Under the pieces are notes generated by a model. The model ran no database searches, had not been told where the DNA came from, and saw nothing but the letters and a program-made list of their open reading frames with translations. DNA of 63,226 bases, filler included, from Nemertoderma westbladi (taxonomy: Eukaryota; Animalia; Xenacoelomorpha), in the NCBI GenBank assembly GCA_032718475.1. It is 4 parts of 4 records of this genome, joined end to end, with 100 filler letters (N's around TTAATTAATTAA, not from the genome) between each part and the next. Parts side by side here need not be neighbours in the genome. Positions count along the whole stretch, not along the records: positions 46,241 to 58,701 come from JAUCBJ010002757.1; positions 58,802 to 63,226 come from JAUCBJ010008672.1; 2 more parts are not named here. One strand, given 5' to 3'. Position numbers and translations under genes: made by a program. Positions 49,211-62,511 of this stretch are shown here, in pieces; position 1 is the first letter of the stretch; every line of letters begins with the position of its first letter.

Positions 49211-49599
49211 TATTAAGTTTAAAAAATGGTTAAAATTCCTGTGACAGCATTATTATGTTATTTAACATTTACAGTAGCCTACTGTAGATGGTACAGTATC
49301 AACATATACAAATTCAATCACTGACTTCTATGCATGTGTAGGCATACTTGTACTTTCAAACTAAATTCGTTTTCAAAATGTTTAATTTATCTTTTAATTA
49401 AATTAACTTTATTTTTTAGGATGGTGGGAAGAATTAAATGCCTACTGAATATGGCACATCATGGAGGAATTAGGCCTTTCATTCGAAATATATCAGCATT
49501 ATCTCATTCTACAGTATTGTTACCCGCTATTATAATCACTCAACGCGCCAGTGGAGTACTACTACTACGATCGGCATACTGCATTGCAGCTGCATTATA

Positions 49600-50825
49600 T
49601 ATAATAAGAATGCTGTGCCGGCTTGTCAACAAAATTGCGCCGCCACCAACTCCCTATATCACCCATAACATTTACTAGATTATCCGCATCTTCATGGCCA
49701 GTGTCCTATAAGATGCGTCTAAAGAAAGTCATGGCTTGTCTACCATGCTTATTCGCTCCATGTGGCCGCCAAAGCAAGGGATTATGCACTGTCTGGTCCT
49801 CACGGTGAAAGCAATGTTCTGCAAAGCGGAGGCGGTTCCGTTCAATGTCAAGCTAGGGGAGATTAATGGAACACCTCCAATGTTGTATAGAGTCTGATTG
49901 GAGATGTGTTCATTGTACTTGACTCAATGAACACGGCGCAGCATTCTTGTGAAAGTGCCATCCAGAGATTTGGAATCTTCTGCAGTTAGAGCCCATCCCC
50001 AGCATGGACTCCCATATAAGAGTACTGGTACTAGTGCTGCTCTAAATAAACGGACCTTAAGGTTTGGTGTTATTCTATGGGACTTCCAAATCCTGGACAG
50101 ACTATTTGACGCTGCCCATGCCAGCCCCTTACGTATCCGAAGGTCTTCACCTGACTCTCTGATCCATGATCCCAAGTAGCAGAAGCTCAAGCAAGTCGTC
50201 CCTAGAGTTTATAAGTAATTTACGCAAGTATCAAAATATTAAGTTTAAGTGGAGAATTCGTGTACCTCTACTCAACTATTTGCTCCCATATTTATAATTA
50301 TTTAAAAATATCACTAGAGGGGCCTACAGGCGCTTACGAGCAGACAGTGCTGAGTGCTGTCTAGGTTCACTATCATGATTGTCTTCTTGGAAATTACAAA
50401 CAGACCAACACTCGAAGCCTGCTCCAATTAGCAGAGGAGCCTTTGGGCTCCCTCTAGTGATTCTCACAGTACCCCTAAGTCATTAGCAAAGTCCAGATCA
50501 GTAAGGTACTTTGCTGGATTTCCGCTACTTCTTGTGCCAGTAGGGGGTGTTACCATCACCCCATCTTTATTAAGATGGTCTAAGGACATGCGTATAACAT
50601 AGTCAACCACAATTGCGAATAAGAATGGTGCAAGTGTGTCACCCTGAAGGACTCCCCGTAAGACTTCGAATGGATCTGTGTCACCACCAGCAGTGGACAC
50701 AAACGTGGTGGAAACATCGTACAGTGATCTGATAGCTGCAATAATTTCCTCGGGAATCCCGTATGCTGCCAGAGTATGCTGAACATACGTGGTCGGGAGA
50801 CTGAGTCGAAGGCTTTAAAAAGCCA
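49600..50825 (-). mobile_element. RTE-like LINE remnant (RT and 3' end)
   Basis: GVLQGDTLAPFLFAIVVDY, LTDLDFAND, FCYLGSW, KVRLFRAALVPVLLYGS; interrupted at ~50190-50350. Confidence 0.85.
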
Positions 50826-53800
50826 CGGGAGTAAGTATGAGGTCAGTTGTGTGTCCCGGAGCCGATGGTTATATACCGTAATACATAAAGCGTTTGAGCG
50901 AAGGTGCGACTGGACTGCGATGATTGCAAACCAAGTGAAACCAAGTCGAGTTTACTGGGAGAATTGTGATCTTCATTTATTAGAGAAACCAGAATTAATG
51001 TACGTTGTCAGAGGGGAAAATATATTGAATGAAATCCCGGGTTTGGGGTTCAGCGATGACAAGGAGTGAACAGGTTGGATCTGCACTGCTAAAGGCGAAC
51101 AACTGACAACACTAAATGGCGGGATTCTCGGCGATTAAGCATTCATTACACAAGTGGATGACCCTTTCGTTTAATTAGATATTACCATTTTCGAGGAAAA
51201 TTAGAAACTAATCAAAAATCATAATTAAACACTTAATAAGATTACAGTTCTCATATATAATACAGTCAACGCTCGTGCTATAAATCTTAAAGTAAATAGT
51301 TATATCATTAAATGTACCGGTACAGATGTACTGTTATGTAGGCAGTAGGCAGAGGTACATGTATACTGAAACACCAAGACCGACTCCATATTACTACAAT
51401 ATTACTACCATATTGTAGGCATAATATAAATGTACGCCTATGTAACAGTGAGTGACACTGGTAAGCAGTAAGCAGACATCTGAAGTTTGTTTATGTGAAT
51501 TCAAGTTTTGAATTTCCCGCCCATCCAGTATTGAAATCCAGTTGTTTCGAAAGGGGAAAGGAAAAATGGGAATCAAATCAAATCGAATGGAATGCATATA
51601 AAAATTTTAATACTGTAGGTCATTTAAACTGTCTGAAATAATGATCAGTTAGCTAAGTTCGCTAACATATACAGTAGCTAAATCTACCCAGCAATGCAAG
51701 CACAGTCACAAAGAATTTAAATAAAAATAAATAAATAAACAATAAAAGAATAAATTTAAAAAATAAAGAAACTGGTATCTCTAGAAAAAATTTTCGAGCA
51801 CTATTTTATTCATAGATTTTAAATACAATTTAAATAAAATTTATATAGAATTTAATAGGAACTCATTTCACCAGGTCCTAACATTTATCAAATCAACTAT
51901 TGTTTTTGTGTAGTGTGAGTGTGGGCCTACAGTATTTAATAAGAAAGTCATATACAGTAGTATAATACAGTAGGCAGTTCGTTTATACAATTACATAACA
52001 AATCGGCACCATAATTGGCTAACACAACACTGACAATCGATTCAATTCTATCACGAAATACTGTATATATAAATTTTAAAGTGTAGTTTTAGTGAGTGAC
52101 AGTAATAATTCATTTTGACATACTGTATTATTTTATAAGGAAGATTGGCAGGAATTTGCTGTCATATAGAAGGGGATTATTGTCCAATCAGTGAACAGTT
52201 GAATTTATATTTTAACCATAGCGAGGCACGGCTCATCTGGGGCTATGCTTTGCATATTTGTTGAGGGAAAACGTTTCATCGCTTTGCATTATTGTACAGT
52301 ATTATGATGTAAGCATTTTAGCTCTGCCCGCATTGCATTGCATTTATTCGATTAAAGCCTGCTTGGAAATTTTCAGGTAGTCTTCCACACTCTGGTATAA
52401 AGCACTCTGCACTTATTAGCATTATTAGCTTATTAGTTAGCTAATAACCACTATACTGTAAGCACTCACTACGTTAGCATTAGGGCTGCTTAGAATACTA
52501 ATTAGTACATTACATTAGCATTACAGTAGTAAATTGCATGTTCTCATTTAACAAATTAAGAGTGTTTATAATTTAATAATTTGTTAGATAATAGGCCCTA
52601 AAGTAAACACAACCCACATAAAGCCAATCACAAATTTGTCCTTCATCTTTGAATCCCACACCCATATTTTATCCAATCACGTTTAAGCTATGATTTGTTT
52701 ACGACATAACCTTTACTATTAAAACCCCATTATTAATCTTCTGCCTACATATATTAATAACTCACTTAAGCTCTTCCTTTTCGTTCTTATGGTGTACATA
52801 TGTAGGCCTACACATTTTAAATTAGTAAAATATAATCCAATCCAATATGTAGGCCTATATACTGTAGTAGTAAACTTTATTTATCTCACTGAAAATTACA
52901 CCTTGTACAGTAGGAAATGGTAGAATATCTGTTGTCAGTTGTACAGTACAGTAGGTCTTCAGAATAGATTACCTCTAGTGTTATTGTTTACTGCGCCAGA
53001 CACATTTCTCACGCTGTGCCTGTCACTAATACAGTACTGTATGTACAGTATATCTCCATTCATATTTATCATTAAACATGATGAACGTATCATTGACTCT
53101 TCAACTACAGGAGTGTCTGTATCTTCATTCATAGGCTCTACTCTTATTTGTTTATTTCAACTCAAAAAATAACCTCTGCAATTTAAATCCTAATAGAGAA
53201 AAATTATTAACATCGATTTTAAACTCAGACACGTTATTTATAATGTGCTTGATAAATCCGTCTCTTAACAGGACATTAATATTAGGTCTACTGTATAATT
53301 AAGTCAAAACAGTTATTTTATAAAGCGCTAAGAAGGACGTATGTATAATGCAGGCATACTGTAATATAGAGTTTAGTTAATTAAAGTGTTCTTAAAGTAT
53401 ACATGAGATAACCTACAGTACAGCGAGAGTTAAATTCGAGTCCGTATTCGTATGCATGCATACGAATACGGACTTTAGTAATAAACGCGGCAGCGACACT
53501 TAACAGTATAATATTAAATGGATTAAGCGATGACTAACTGTATAACACAGTAACACTTTTTATTAATTAATGTAATTAATTACTGTAATTTTTGAGTAAA
53601 TTTTTTAATTTGATTTTTTGAGTACGGTACCTAGTAGGCCTACTGTAGTACCTACTTGGTCGACTGCTACTGTACTCAATTTGGTCGAGTTACTAATTTT
53701 TTTTTTTTTTTTTATAGCTACACCCCGTGTCGGGGTAAAATTTTATTTAATAATTAATTGATAAAATATAAATAAAAAAAATAAAAATTAATATAACTCA

Positions 53801-54359
53801 ATATAACTCAATAAAAGTAATGCATAATAGCGTATCCCAGTAATATATTATGTCACATCTTGGCCAGTTCGGATAGTGAAGGGCAGAGTTGACATGCTAA
53901 AGCGTGGTATCGGTCGGCGCAGGGCAGACTGCAATACCGGCAGATGCAGGAATCGGCAGGTTCGTGGAAACCTATCCCCGTCCCACACAGTCGGTCAAGT
54001 AATAATCTATTTATTCTAGATTATACTACCGGTAACTCCGTCCGTGTTAAAAATATGACCTGGAATAAATAATAATGTTAACCTCAACTTGTTCGAGTTC
54101 ACACTTTCCCAATAATTCATTATTATTAACTACAGTATATCTTAAACAGTAGGCCTAAATAGTATTGTGATGGGTTATTGCGTAGTACAGTCTGACAGTA
54201 ATAGGAAGGGGCGCCGGAAGCACGGGGGCAGCTGACGCCCTACCCTAATGACAGGGGGCAGGGGGGCAGCAATGTGCCCTCTAGAATTAGCTCACACAAT
54301 GCAACTATCTGTCTATAGACCAACAGAAATGAAAACAAATAAGTTGATGCCATTCCCAA

Positions 54360-55750
54360 AGCAGAGCAATAGTGTTGGTCTTTTTGTTAACTCCAGGAAG
54401 ACTACAATTTTGACAGTTAACTTTGAAAATCCTCAGCAAGTCTCTGACTGGATGAGCATAAGCTCAAATGATGGTATGCGTGAGCATGTGGACGACTTCT
54501 GTTACCTGGGATCATGGATCCGGAAGTCAGGTGAGGACCTTCGAATACCGTACGTAAGGGAAAAGTATGGACATGGGATCTCTGGTCACCCGAATGTCTT
54601 ATACGGCTTGGAATTGTAACGTCGGAATGGTGTGCGGGCTACCCTTTAATGCTCATCGTTATATAGTTGAAGGTATTGTTGATTTTCCTCACCCAAAAAT
54701 TACAGTATGTTGCTTAAGCGGATTGTTATTTTTGCGGAACGTCTTATTTGTTCAAATAATCTACATGTGTGGTATTTTGGTACAATATTTTTAAAGGATT
54801 CCCGTGGTTATTGGGCCATAATTAACGGTGCATTTCTAATTAAAATGTTGTTTATTTGACATTGAGATGCATTCTCCTGCGGGAGTATCTAAATTACATT
54901 ATGCTGTGCTTAACGAAGATAATATTTATAAGATTAGTCTCTGTCGCGAATTGATTAGAGTTATTTATGGTGAACAATTTGTTTCAATAAGACTGAAATT
55001 ATTCCATTATTACATTTTGTCGTTTCTACCTAATGTTACGCTTTTGCTATAGGCCTACTGTAGTTATTTGTCTCTTTTCTTGGTCAATATGTAGGTCAAT
55101 ACATTTACGCTTAATATTAACTTGTTATGTTTGTGTTTTGTGCCACTGCATATACTTGTATTTGTAATGTGCATGTTAATAATAATAATAATAAGCTTTC
55201 CTGGGTTTGGAAGTCACACAGAATACATCGGAGGCTTGGGGTCCGATAATTTAGAGCAGCAGTAGTTCCAGTACTCCTCTATGGGAGTCCATGCTGGGTA
55301 ACTACTGAGGACACTAAATCTCTGGATGGCACATGCACAAGAATGCTACGCCGGGTTCACTGTGTCAAGTACAAATGCACACATGTCCAACCAGACACTA
55401 TATAGCATTGGAGTTGTCTCGTTGGTTACCCCCAAGCTTGACAATAGAACAAAGCCGTCTCCGAATTACAGTACATTGTTTTCGCCGTGAGGCTTGAGGC
55501 GTGAGGCTTCCAGCCTGGGCACAATGACAATCTTGTGCTTTGGCAGCCCCATGGCGAAAATAAGAATGCTGGACAGCCCATGACTTTCTTGTGATGCCTC
55601 TGAAAGGACACTGGCCTTGAAGATGCGGATAATCTCGTGAGAGCCATCGTGCATAGGGAGTTGTGGCGGAATTATGGATTGCATAGTGGTGGCAAAATGT
55701 TCTTGTTAAGCCGGCATAGCATCTCAATGTGCAGATTCAATGCAGCAGGC
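54360..55750 (+). mobile_element. Second copy of the same RTE-like LINE, interrupted by another LINE 3' fragment (~54560-55193)
   Basis: VGLFVNSRKT...VDDFCYLGSWIRKSGEDLRI then resumes at ~55195 (VPVLLYGSPCW..DGTCTRMLRRVH); insert encodes YTAWN...GLP...HRYIVE and ends in (AAT)n. Confidence 0.75.
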
Positions 55751-56402
55751 CGATTATACTACTGTAGGTAGATATATCTGACTAATACTGAATATGTACT
55801 GTAAATTCGTATAAAGCATTGTACTGTACATTCTACAGATCTAGGTAGGTGAATAATGAATAGGCAGATAGGTATTGTTTTTAGTCACATACTGTACAAT
55901 ATAATACTGTATGTTGATGCTCTAGGACTATTATTTTTTTTAATGTACGTATGTAGATTATATACAGTAAGTATGCAAACTTGTTAATTAATAAGTAGGG
56001 TATTATTAAATACATCCCGTTTGAATTTTTTATAACTTTTATTATAATATTATTATCATAAAAAAAATTATAAAAAGTGCCCTATTTTAGAGAAGTCGTT
56101 CCGTACAGGAATATTGATCCGTGAATTAACCAATCAGCTCACAGATCAAATTTCCTGTTTTCATACAGGAATTTTTGATATTTCCAAAGACTCAAGACCC
56201 AATTAGACCTTCATAATATTGTAACATGTGTTGCTCAATGCAGCAGTGCTGCAATGCCTGAATGCCGCAGTCTGCAGTCAGGCAGTACCTGGTGCCTGAC
56301 TGACTCGGTAACGGTTTGTACTTTGTGTAGCAGTACTGCAGTAAATAAATAGAATAGGCCCTATCGAAAATAATTCGGATTGAACTTTAGTCTGTTAGAA
56401 CA

Positions 56403-57642
56403 ATGAAGTTCGCGGAACATTTGGCGGCGCACGTCACGCCCGAGTGGCGCAAACAATACATAATGTACGACACGATGAAACTCATGATATACGAGGGTCA
56501 GGAAGAAGCGCCTACCGCGCTGGATATCGCCGAGGAGGACTCGCTAAACCGCTACTTCGAGCAGTTCGACGAGCAGTTCTTCAGCTTCTGCGACAAGGAA
56601 CTCGCCAAGATTGACACCTTCTTTGCGGAGAAACTCGCTGAAGCCCAGAACCGCTACGTCCTGCTGAGCCACGAGGTGGCGCTTTCCAAATCTGGCAACA
56701 CAGTGAGACGAGTTCGTCTACTCCATCGGAGAGGAAGTTTATTCCAGACGGACGAACAACACAAGCTGCTGAGCAGCCATACCCGCAAGGTCAACGACCT
56801 TAAACTCGCCTTCCAGGAGTTCTACCTGTTCCTCATCCTCCTGCAAAACTACCAATCTTTGAACTTTACGGGATTCAGAAAGATTCTCAAAAAACACGAC
56901 AAATTACTAGAAACTGACCGCGGTAGAGATTACCGAGTCGATAAGATCGAATCTTCTATCTTCTTTACCAACAAGAAGGTTGAAGGGCTGATCTCCGACG
57001 TAGAGAATAACTACATCAATGATCTTGAGAACGGGAATCGACAGAAAGCGATGAAACGCCTGCGTGTTCCACCCCTTTCCGCCAAACAGTCTATCTGGAC
57101 GACTTTCAGGATCGGTCTATTCTCGGGAATTCTGTTGGTTCTATTCGTTATCGTTGTCATCCTCATCGTCACTCAGATCCGCATCGTTACCACCGACTGC
57201 GACTCCCCCAGCCGCAGACAACGCCACCCAGACGGAGCGGCCCGTCTGTCTGCTGTCCAACCAGTGGCGTCGTGCCATGCGCGTCTATCGCGGCAGTCTG
57301 TTCGCCCTTCTCATGCTTCTATTCATTGGTATCAACATGTATGGCTGGCGTTCCTCTGGTGTCAACCACATCCTAATCTTCGAGGTTGACCCTCGCAACC
57401 ATCTGTCCCATCAGGACCTTCTGGAGGTCTCGGCTTGCTGTCTCTCCATCTGGGCTCTAAGTATCCTCGTCTTCCTCTTCAGTTACTCCTCTTACCTCGG
57501 ACTTCCCCGATCCGTTTTCCCCCTAACTCTCGTTCTTTTCCTCATTGTTTTCGTTGTTAACCCGATTAAGATCTTCTACTACAAAGCCAGAGTCTGGCTC
57601 CTTAGGATTCTTGGCAGAATCGTAGCAGCGCCCTTCTTTAAG
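56403..57642 (+). CDS. XPR1: XPR1 phosphate exporter (SPX + start of EXS), first exon with a +1 frameshift near 57205-57209; remainder not in this contig
   Basis: MKFAEHLAAHVTPEWRKQYI, LNFTGFRKILKKHDK, KAMKRLRVPPL in one frame; GINMYGWRSSGVNHILIFE, PRNHLSHQ, APFFK in the next; donor AAG/GTAGGC at 57642/57643. Confidence 0.93.
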
Positions 57643-58252
57643 GTAGGCATCCGTTGTCTGTATCGATGTTCTACATCCACAAATATTTATTCAGCCATTA
57701 TTTATTTCTTTTGACCATTTATCATTTATTACACCTGTCAATTTCCAATAAACCAATCCAACATCGGGTAGATGGATGGATGGAGTTAGTCCCGACTGAT
57801 CTGCCTCCATTTTTATTTTTTTATTAAAGGAAGTTCAAGATAATAAAAGATGAATAATAATTATTAGTGATTGGTAATTTGCAGTATTGATCGTCGGACT
57901 CCAATGAGGTTAAGTTGTTCTTCAGAGTCGAGCTGTTGATATGGCTCTGTGGTAGTGCTGAGCTGAAACCGTATGGGATTTGGAAATACAACTCATCCAA
58001 ACCCCTTGCGATGTCGGCACTTAATAAAATGTAAATAAATTGCGATAAAGTAATTAAATTTGAATAAATTTCGGTTAAATATAACCAATAAATATGAATG
58101 AATGGATAGTAAGTATTAGTAGGTAATAAACACAGTGCGTCGTTGGTTAAATAGTAATTAATCAATGACGGCACTTATGTTATACATAGAAAGAGACCGT
58201 CATGATATATCAGTTTATTGAACTGTTTTTACCTTAACCTGTATATCTTATT

Positions 58253-58530
58253 ATTGTAATAATAATAATAATAATATTGGTTATTTATATAGCGCTTTTC
58301 TACGCTCAGCATACTCAAAGCGCTTTTATTATCATTACCCCAGCCTAGCAAGGTTCCCATTATACCGCTGGGTTGATGTAGGCACTAATGTCTAATGTGT
58401 CTTGCCTAGGGACACAACACAACAGTGCGAAATTTCTACAGCCTTTAGTCGGATTCGAACCTGCACCACCACCATCAACACTATCGTGTAAACAGTTCAG
58501 GCGCCGTATCCACTCGGACACTGGGACACG
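58253..58530 (-). mobile_element. tRNA-derived SINE with V/CORE-like centre and L2-type tail
   Basis: Minus strand: GTGTCCGAGTGG A box, GGTTCGAATCC B box, GTGTCCCTAGGCAAGACAC central motif, AAAGCGCTTTGAG...AAAAGCGCTATATAAAT tail ending in (TAT)n. Confidence 0.8.
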
Positions 58531-58701
58531 GATGTGTCAAAGTAGAAAGGGGATTAATTAATAATAATGAACAAGTTGAAGTTACAGAGGAAATAAATTA
58601 CCGTCTGAGAATATACAGCTGTGCCATTGTGAATTTTCTTTTTACATGATGTATAAATAAATATATTTATTATTAAAGATTGCGTAGTGCCCCCCCCCCC
58701 C

Positions 58702-58801
58702 NNNNNNNNNNNNNNNNNNNNNNNNNNNNNNNNNNNNNNNNNNNNTTAATTAATTAANNNNNNNNNNNNNNNNNNNNNNNNNNNNNNNNNNNNNNNNNNN
58801 N
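58702..58801. other. Artificial contig linker
   Basis: N44-TTAATTAATTAA-N44. Confidence 0.97.
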
Positions 58802-59094
58802 TACTACTAATAATGCCTCCCCTCAGGAAAATTAGCCCCCCTCAAAAGTCTGAAAACTGGTACGATACCGGTCTGCTGGTAGCTACTTTTAATCTACCAA
58901 CTGCAGAACTTGTAATAGTTGGAAGAATAGTACGGTACCGGTCTGCCGGTAGGTAAGCAGGTAAGGCAGTAAGGGATGTAGAACAGCATACTGAAGTATC
59001 TAAGTCAGTAGGCTACTGTAGTAACTACTGGTATAACAGCAGTGTGAGTGTGTGGTGTTGTGTGGGCGCCGAGCAGCTCCAAGCTTTTTTAAGT

Positions 59095-59425
59095 CTGTAA
59101 CCTGCTCCTTTCCCTGATTTGGTAAAGTGATTGTTTATTGTTTTGGTTAGAAAATCCCGCCTCTGTAACCTGCTCCTTTATCTCAATTGGTAATGTTATC
59201 GTTTATTGTTTTGGTTAGAAAATCCCGTCTCTGTAACCTGCTCCTTTCCCTGATTTGCTAAAGTGACTGTTTATTGTTTTGGTTAGAAAATCCCGCCTCT
59301 GTAACCTGCTCCTTTCCCTCAATTAGTTAAATGATCGTTTATTGTTTTGGTTAGAAAGGCCTGCCAGCCTGCCTCTGTAACCTGCTCCTTTCCTTCATTT
59401 GGTAAAGTGACTGTTTATTGTTTTG
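59095..59425 (+). repeat. 68-bp tandem repeat, 5 copies
   Basis: CTGTAACCTGCTCCTTT starts at 59095, 59163, 59231, 59299, 59375. Confidence 0.9.
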
Positions 59426-59477
59426 TATAATTTTTGTAAGTTTTAGTAGTAATAAGTTTTGTTTATTGTATAATTCA

Positions 59478-59606
59478 GGGGGGGCATAATTTCCTAAGGG
59501 GGGGCATTTTTTCCTAGGGAAATTTGCCCGGGGGGGCATTTTTTCCTAGGAAAATATGCCCCCCCGGGCACATTTCCCGGGGGGGCATATTTTCCTGTTA
59601 CACCGG
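59478..59606. mobile_element. Right end of a MITE (GGGGGGCA...TTTCCTAGG subrepeats, ends TTACACCGG followed by TA)
   Basis: Palindromic subterminal repeats; partial mirror AGGAAAATTAGCCCCCC at 58825-58841; left end lost at the gap. Confidence 0.55.
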
Positions 59607-60936
59607 TACCGTACTACTGTACTAAAAAGTGGAAACACCTCCTGACCTCGTTTTAAATTGATGCCAGAAACATATAGAAACACCTACCGGTCAGCCGGTA
59701 GATGTATAAATCTGTAAATATTAAGGCAGAACACAATTCTGCAATTACTGAATTAATAGTTCGGCATACTGGCATATTTCATATTTGATCGGCGAAAATT
59801 AAATCATAGTTATTGAAATATGTCCGTTGCTATTACAGTATTAGCTGTTAACCCGACCGGGATTTTTAAACTACAGACAGACAGAATTCTGGAATTGATT
59901 ACAATTCACTGATTCAGCCAGTAGGTGTAGCTGTCGGCTGTAGACCTAGTGCTGTAGTGGATACATGCGTTGTACTGGCACTAGACGTGCTAGACTAGAC
60001 TCTGAGACTATGAATTGGAATGATTCCGATTAAACTCTGAAACTGCAAGCTTCACCCTTCACGGTGAGTACGGTCTGGTGACGGTATGGCATTCAAGTCG
60101 ATAAATGCTCCGTTAGATGGAAATCACTTGGAGTTTGATCTCAAGTTCAATCTCAATGCAGCAATGATTACGTTTGGAGGCATTATACTGGCTTCTGGTC
60201 CGCGGACCAATGTATAATGTAATCATGTGTAATCATGTACAATAAAATATTAATAACAATGAAGTAATTCAATGTTTATTGTTTTGGTTCCCCCAACAAG
60301 CCACTGTAACCTGCTCCTTTACTAACCTGCTCATTTAAATGGCTTTGCCGGAAAACGTATTTGGTCCGCGGACCAAATACCAGGATATGGCCCGTTTGGA
60401 CTTAGTTGGTCTTCCATTCCGGGTTTATTTGGACTCGCCGACTTTGTATTGTTCTCGGGTTTACTTTTACTCCATGCAGGCATGTTAAATGAGTGTTGTT
60501 ATAAAATAATAAATAAATAAAATGTGCAATCATTGCCATGTTTATGTGGCACAGCAACGGACATGTAGTTAATTATGACGTTTAATTTTCAATTTTCGCA
60601 TGAAAAATATAGCGAACCATAGTTATCTGCCTCATTCTTGATAAATATAGGTTCTTCTAGATGTTTTCGGCCTTAAAACTAGGTGTTCCTAGTTTTTTCC
60701 CAGGTGTTTCCGCTTTTTAGAATGTAAAACGTACCGCTACTCGCTACATTCCTACATTATTCTGCCGCGGCTGCTCTGTTAATCTGTCAGGTACGGGTGT
60801 GGGGTGTGTAGACTTAGACTAGACTAGACTCAGACTGCAGAGACTTACAGTACAGATTTGCCCACGTTTGGCGTTTCATATTAATTTATCATTGAATATT
60901 TAAATTTATAGTGCCGGTATAGTAGCCTAGTCAGTT

Positions 60937-61554
60937 ATGGTTAGTTTGTCGGAATTTGAAGTTCCCACCGAAAACATTCGTATCACCGAACCTTCCAAGG
61001 CGTTCGTCAACTCTAAAGATCTTGGCGATGGAACGCTATACATAACGGAGAGGAACGTAGCCTGGCTGAACGAAACGGGTCAGGGATTCTCCCTAGACTA
61101 TCCTATTATAGGTCTCCACGGGGTGTCTAAAGGAGACGCCAAGTTTCCTCAACCCAGTCTCTTCCTCCTTGTAGATAAAACCGCTGACGAAGAACGAAAT
61201 GGCGACGCTTCCAACGCGGATGATGATGAAGTTCCAAGCCCAACCGAATTGAGATTCGTTCCGTGCGTCGAAGACAATCTTGATCGAATGTATAAGTCGA
61301 TGTCGGACTGCCAGACGCTCCACCCCGACCCCCAGGACTCCAACTCTGAAGGGGAGGACGAAGAAGAGGGTATAAAGTACGATGTTGTGCAATATTTTGA
61401 CGAGGACGGACAGGCACTCGCCGAACCGGTTGTCGTCCCTGGCTCTGGGGATACCGAAATTACTAACGGAGTTACTGCAAATGGCGTCAACGGTTTAGGG
61501 GAGAGCGGCGATAAACCAATGATCGATGCAGACCAGTTTGAAGACGCGGATTAA
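60937..61554 (+). CDS. CLNS1A: Methylosome subunit pICln, intronless
   Basis: 205 aa; LGDGTLYI, GFSLDYPIIGLHGVS, ELRFVP, MSDCQTLHPDP, acidic tracts and terminal QFEDAD. Confidence 0.93.
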   Translation: MVSLSEFEVPTENIRITEPSKAFVNSKDLGDGTLYITERNVAWLNETGQGFSLDYPIIGLHGVSKGDAKFPQPSLFLLVDKTADEERNGDASNADDDEVPSPTELRFVPCVEDNLDRMYKSMSDCQTLHPDPQDSNSEGEDEEEGIKYDVVQYFDEDGQALAEPVVVPGSGDTEITNGVTANGVNGLGESGDKPMIDADQFEDAD

Positions 61555-62511
61555 ATAATAGCTTGAGCTGTGCAATAGGCTAAAACAATGGTTCGTCTCC
61601 TTTTTCAACTTCAATAGATACAACATGACTTTTGATTGTGCTACATTTTTCGTTTCTTCACTTCATACTATCGTAAAAGACTTATTATATTGCTTATAAA
61701 GACTGTAATAATATTGATACTAGACCTAATCTACTGATATATTGTTCTAACACCAATGAATTGCAAAATTGTGCTGTTATTTACGATAGGCCTATTTTTA
61801 TGAGTTTCTATTGCAACTGACCAGAACTGCAGAACACCCATATTTATCTCATTCGGCGAAGGCGTTATATAACTACAGCAGTTCCAGAACGCCTTGCATT
61901 CGGGAATTATTTATCAATCCGCCTGTTAGCTGTTTGAGTACGTAATAGCGGTTCCACAAAGATCCGCAGTCCTGTGTAGAATTAGCATACCGGTATAAAT
62001 TAATTTACATAGGAGGGTAAGGTATAAATGGTCCTAATGGTGTACCTATCCACACTCCCAACTACTATCGGATTCGTTTATGTTATGAACTTCGGTTTGC
62101 ATTGAACACGTTTGAACATTCGTTCCGATAATTGTTGAGGTCACTGGAATGGAAGTTGACCAGATTGTTAGTGCCGTGGGATTGGGGCCGCGTGGGAACT
62201 CACACTAGCACTGGGGGGGGGGGGGGGGGGGGGTTGGCTTCCCAACTCGAGGTTGAGCCGGGTTAACTCAAGTTGACCATGTTGACCTGTTGACCATATC
62301 CACATTTGATGGTTCAACAATGTTGGTATTGTGAGTTCCTTTCCTGTTAAACTAGTGGTTAATGGGTTGGTGTTTGAGACTTTGGTTACCCTTTGCAGCA
62401 ACCTGCCAAACTGAGTCTTGGCCCCTGTTCACGCTCGCTCCGTCCAACTTTACAGTGAATGCTGTACTGGAATCACAAGTGACAGACACGAGGCGACGGC
62501 CGGCAGTTCAT

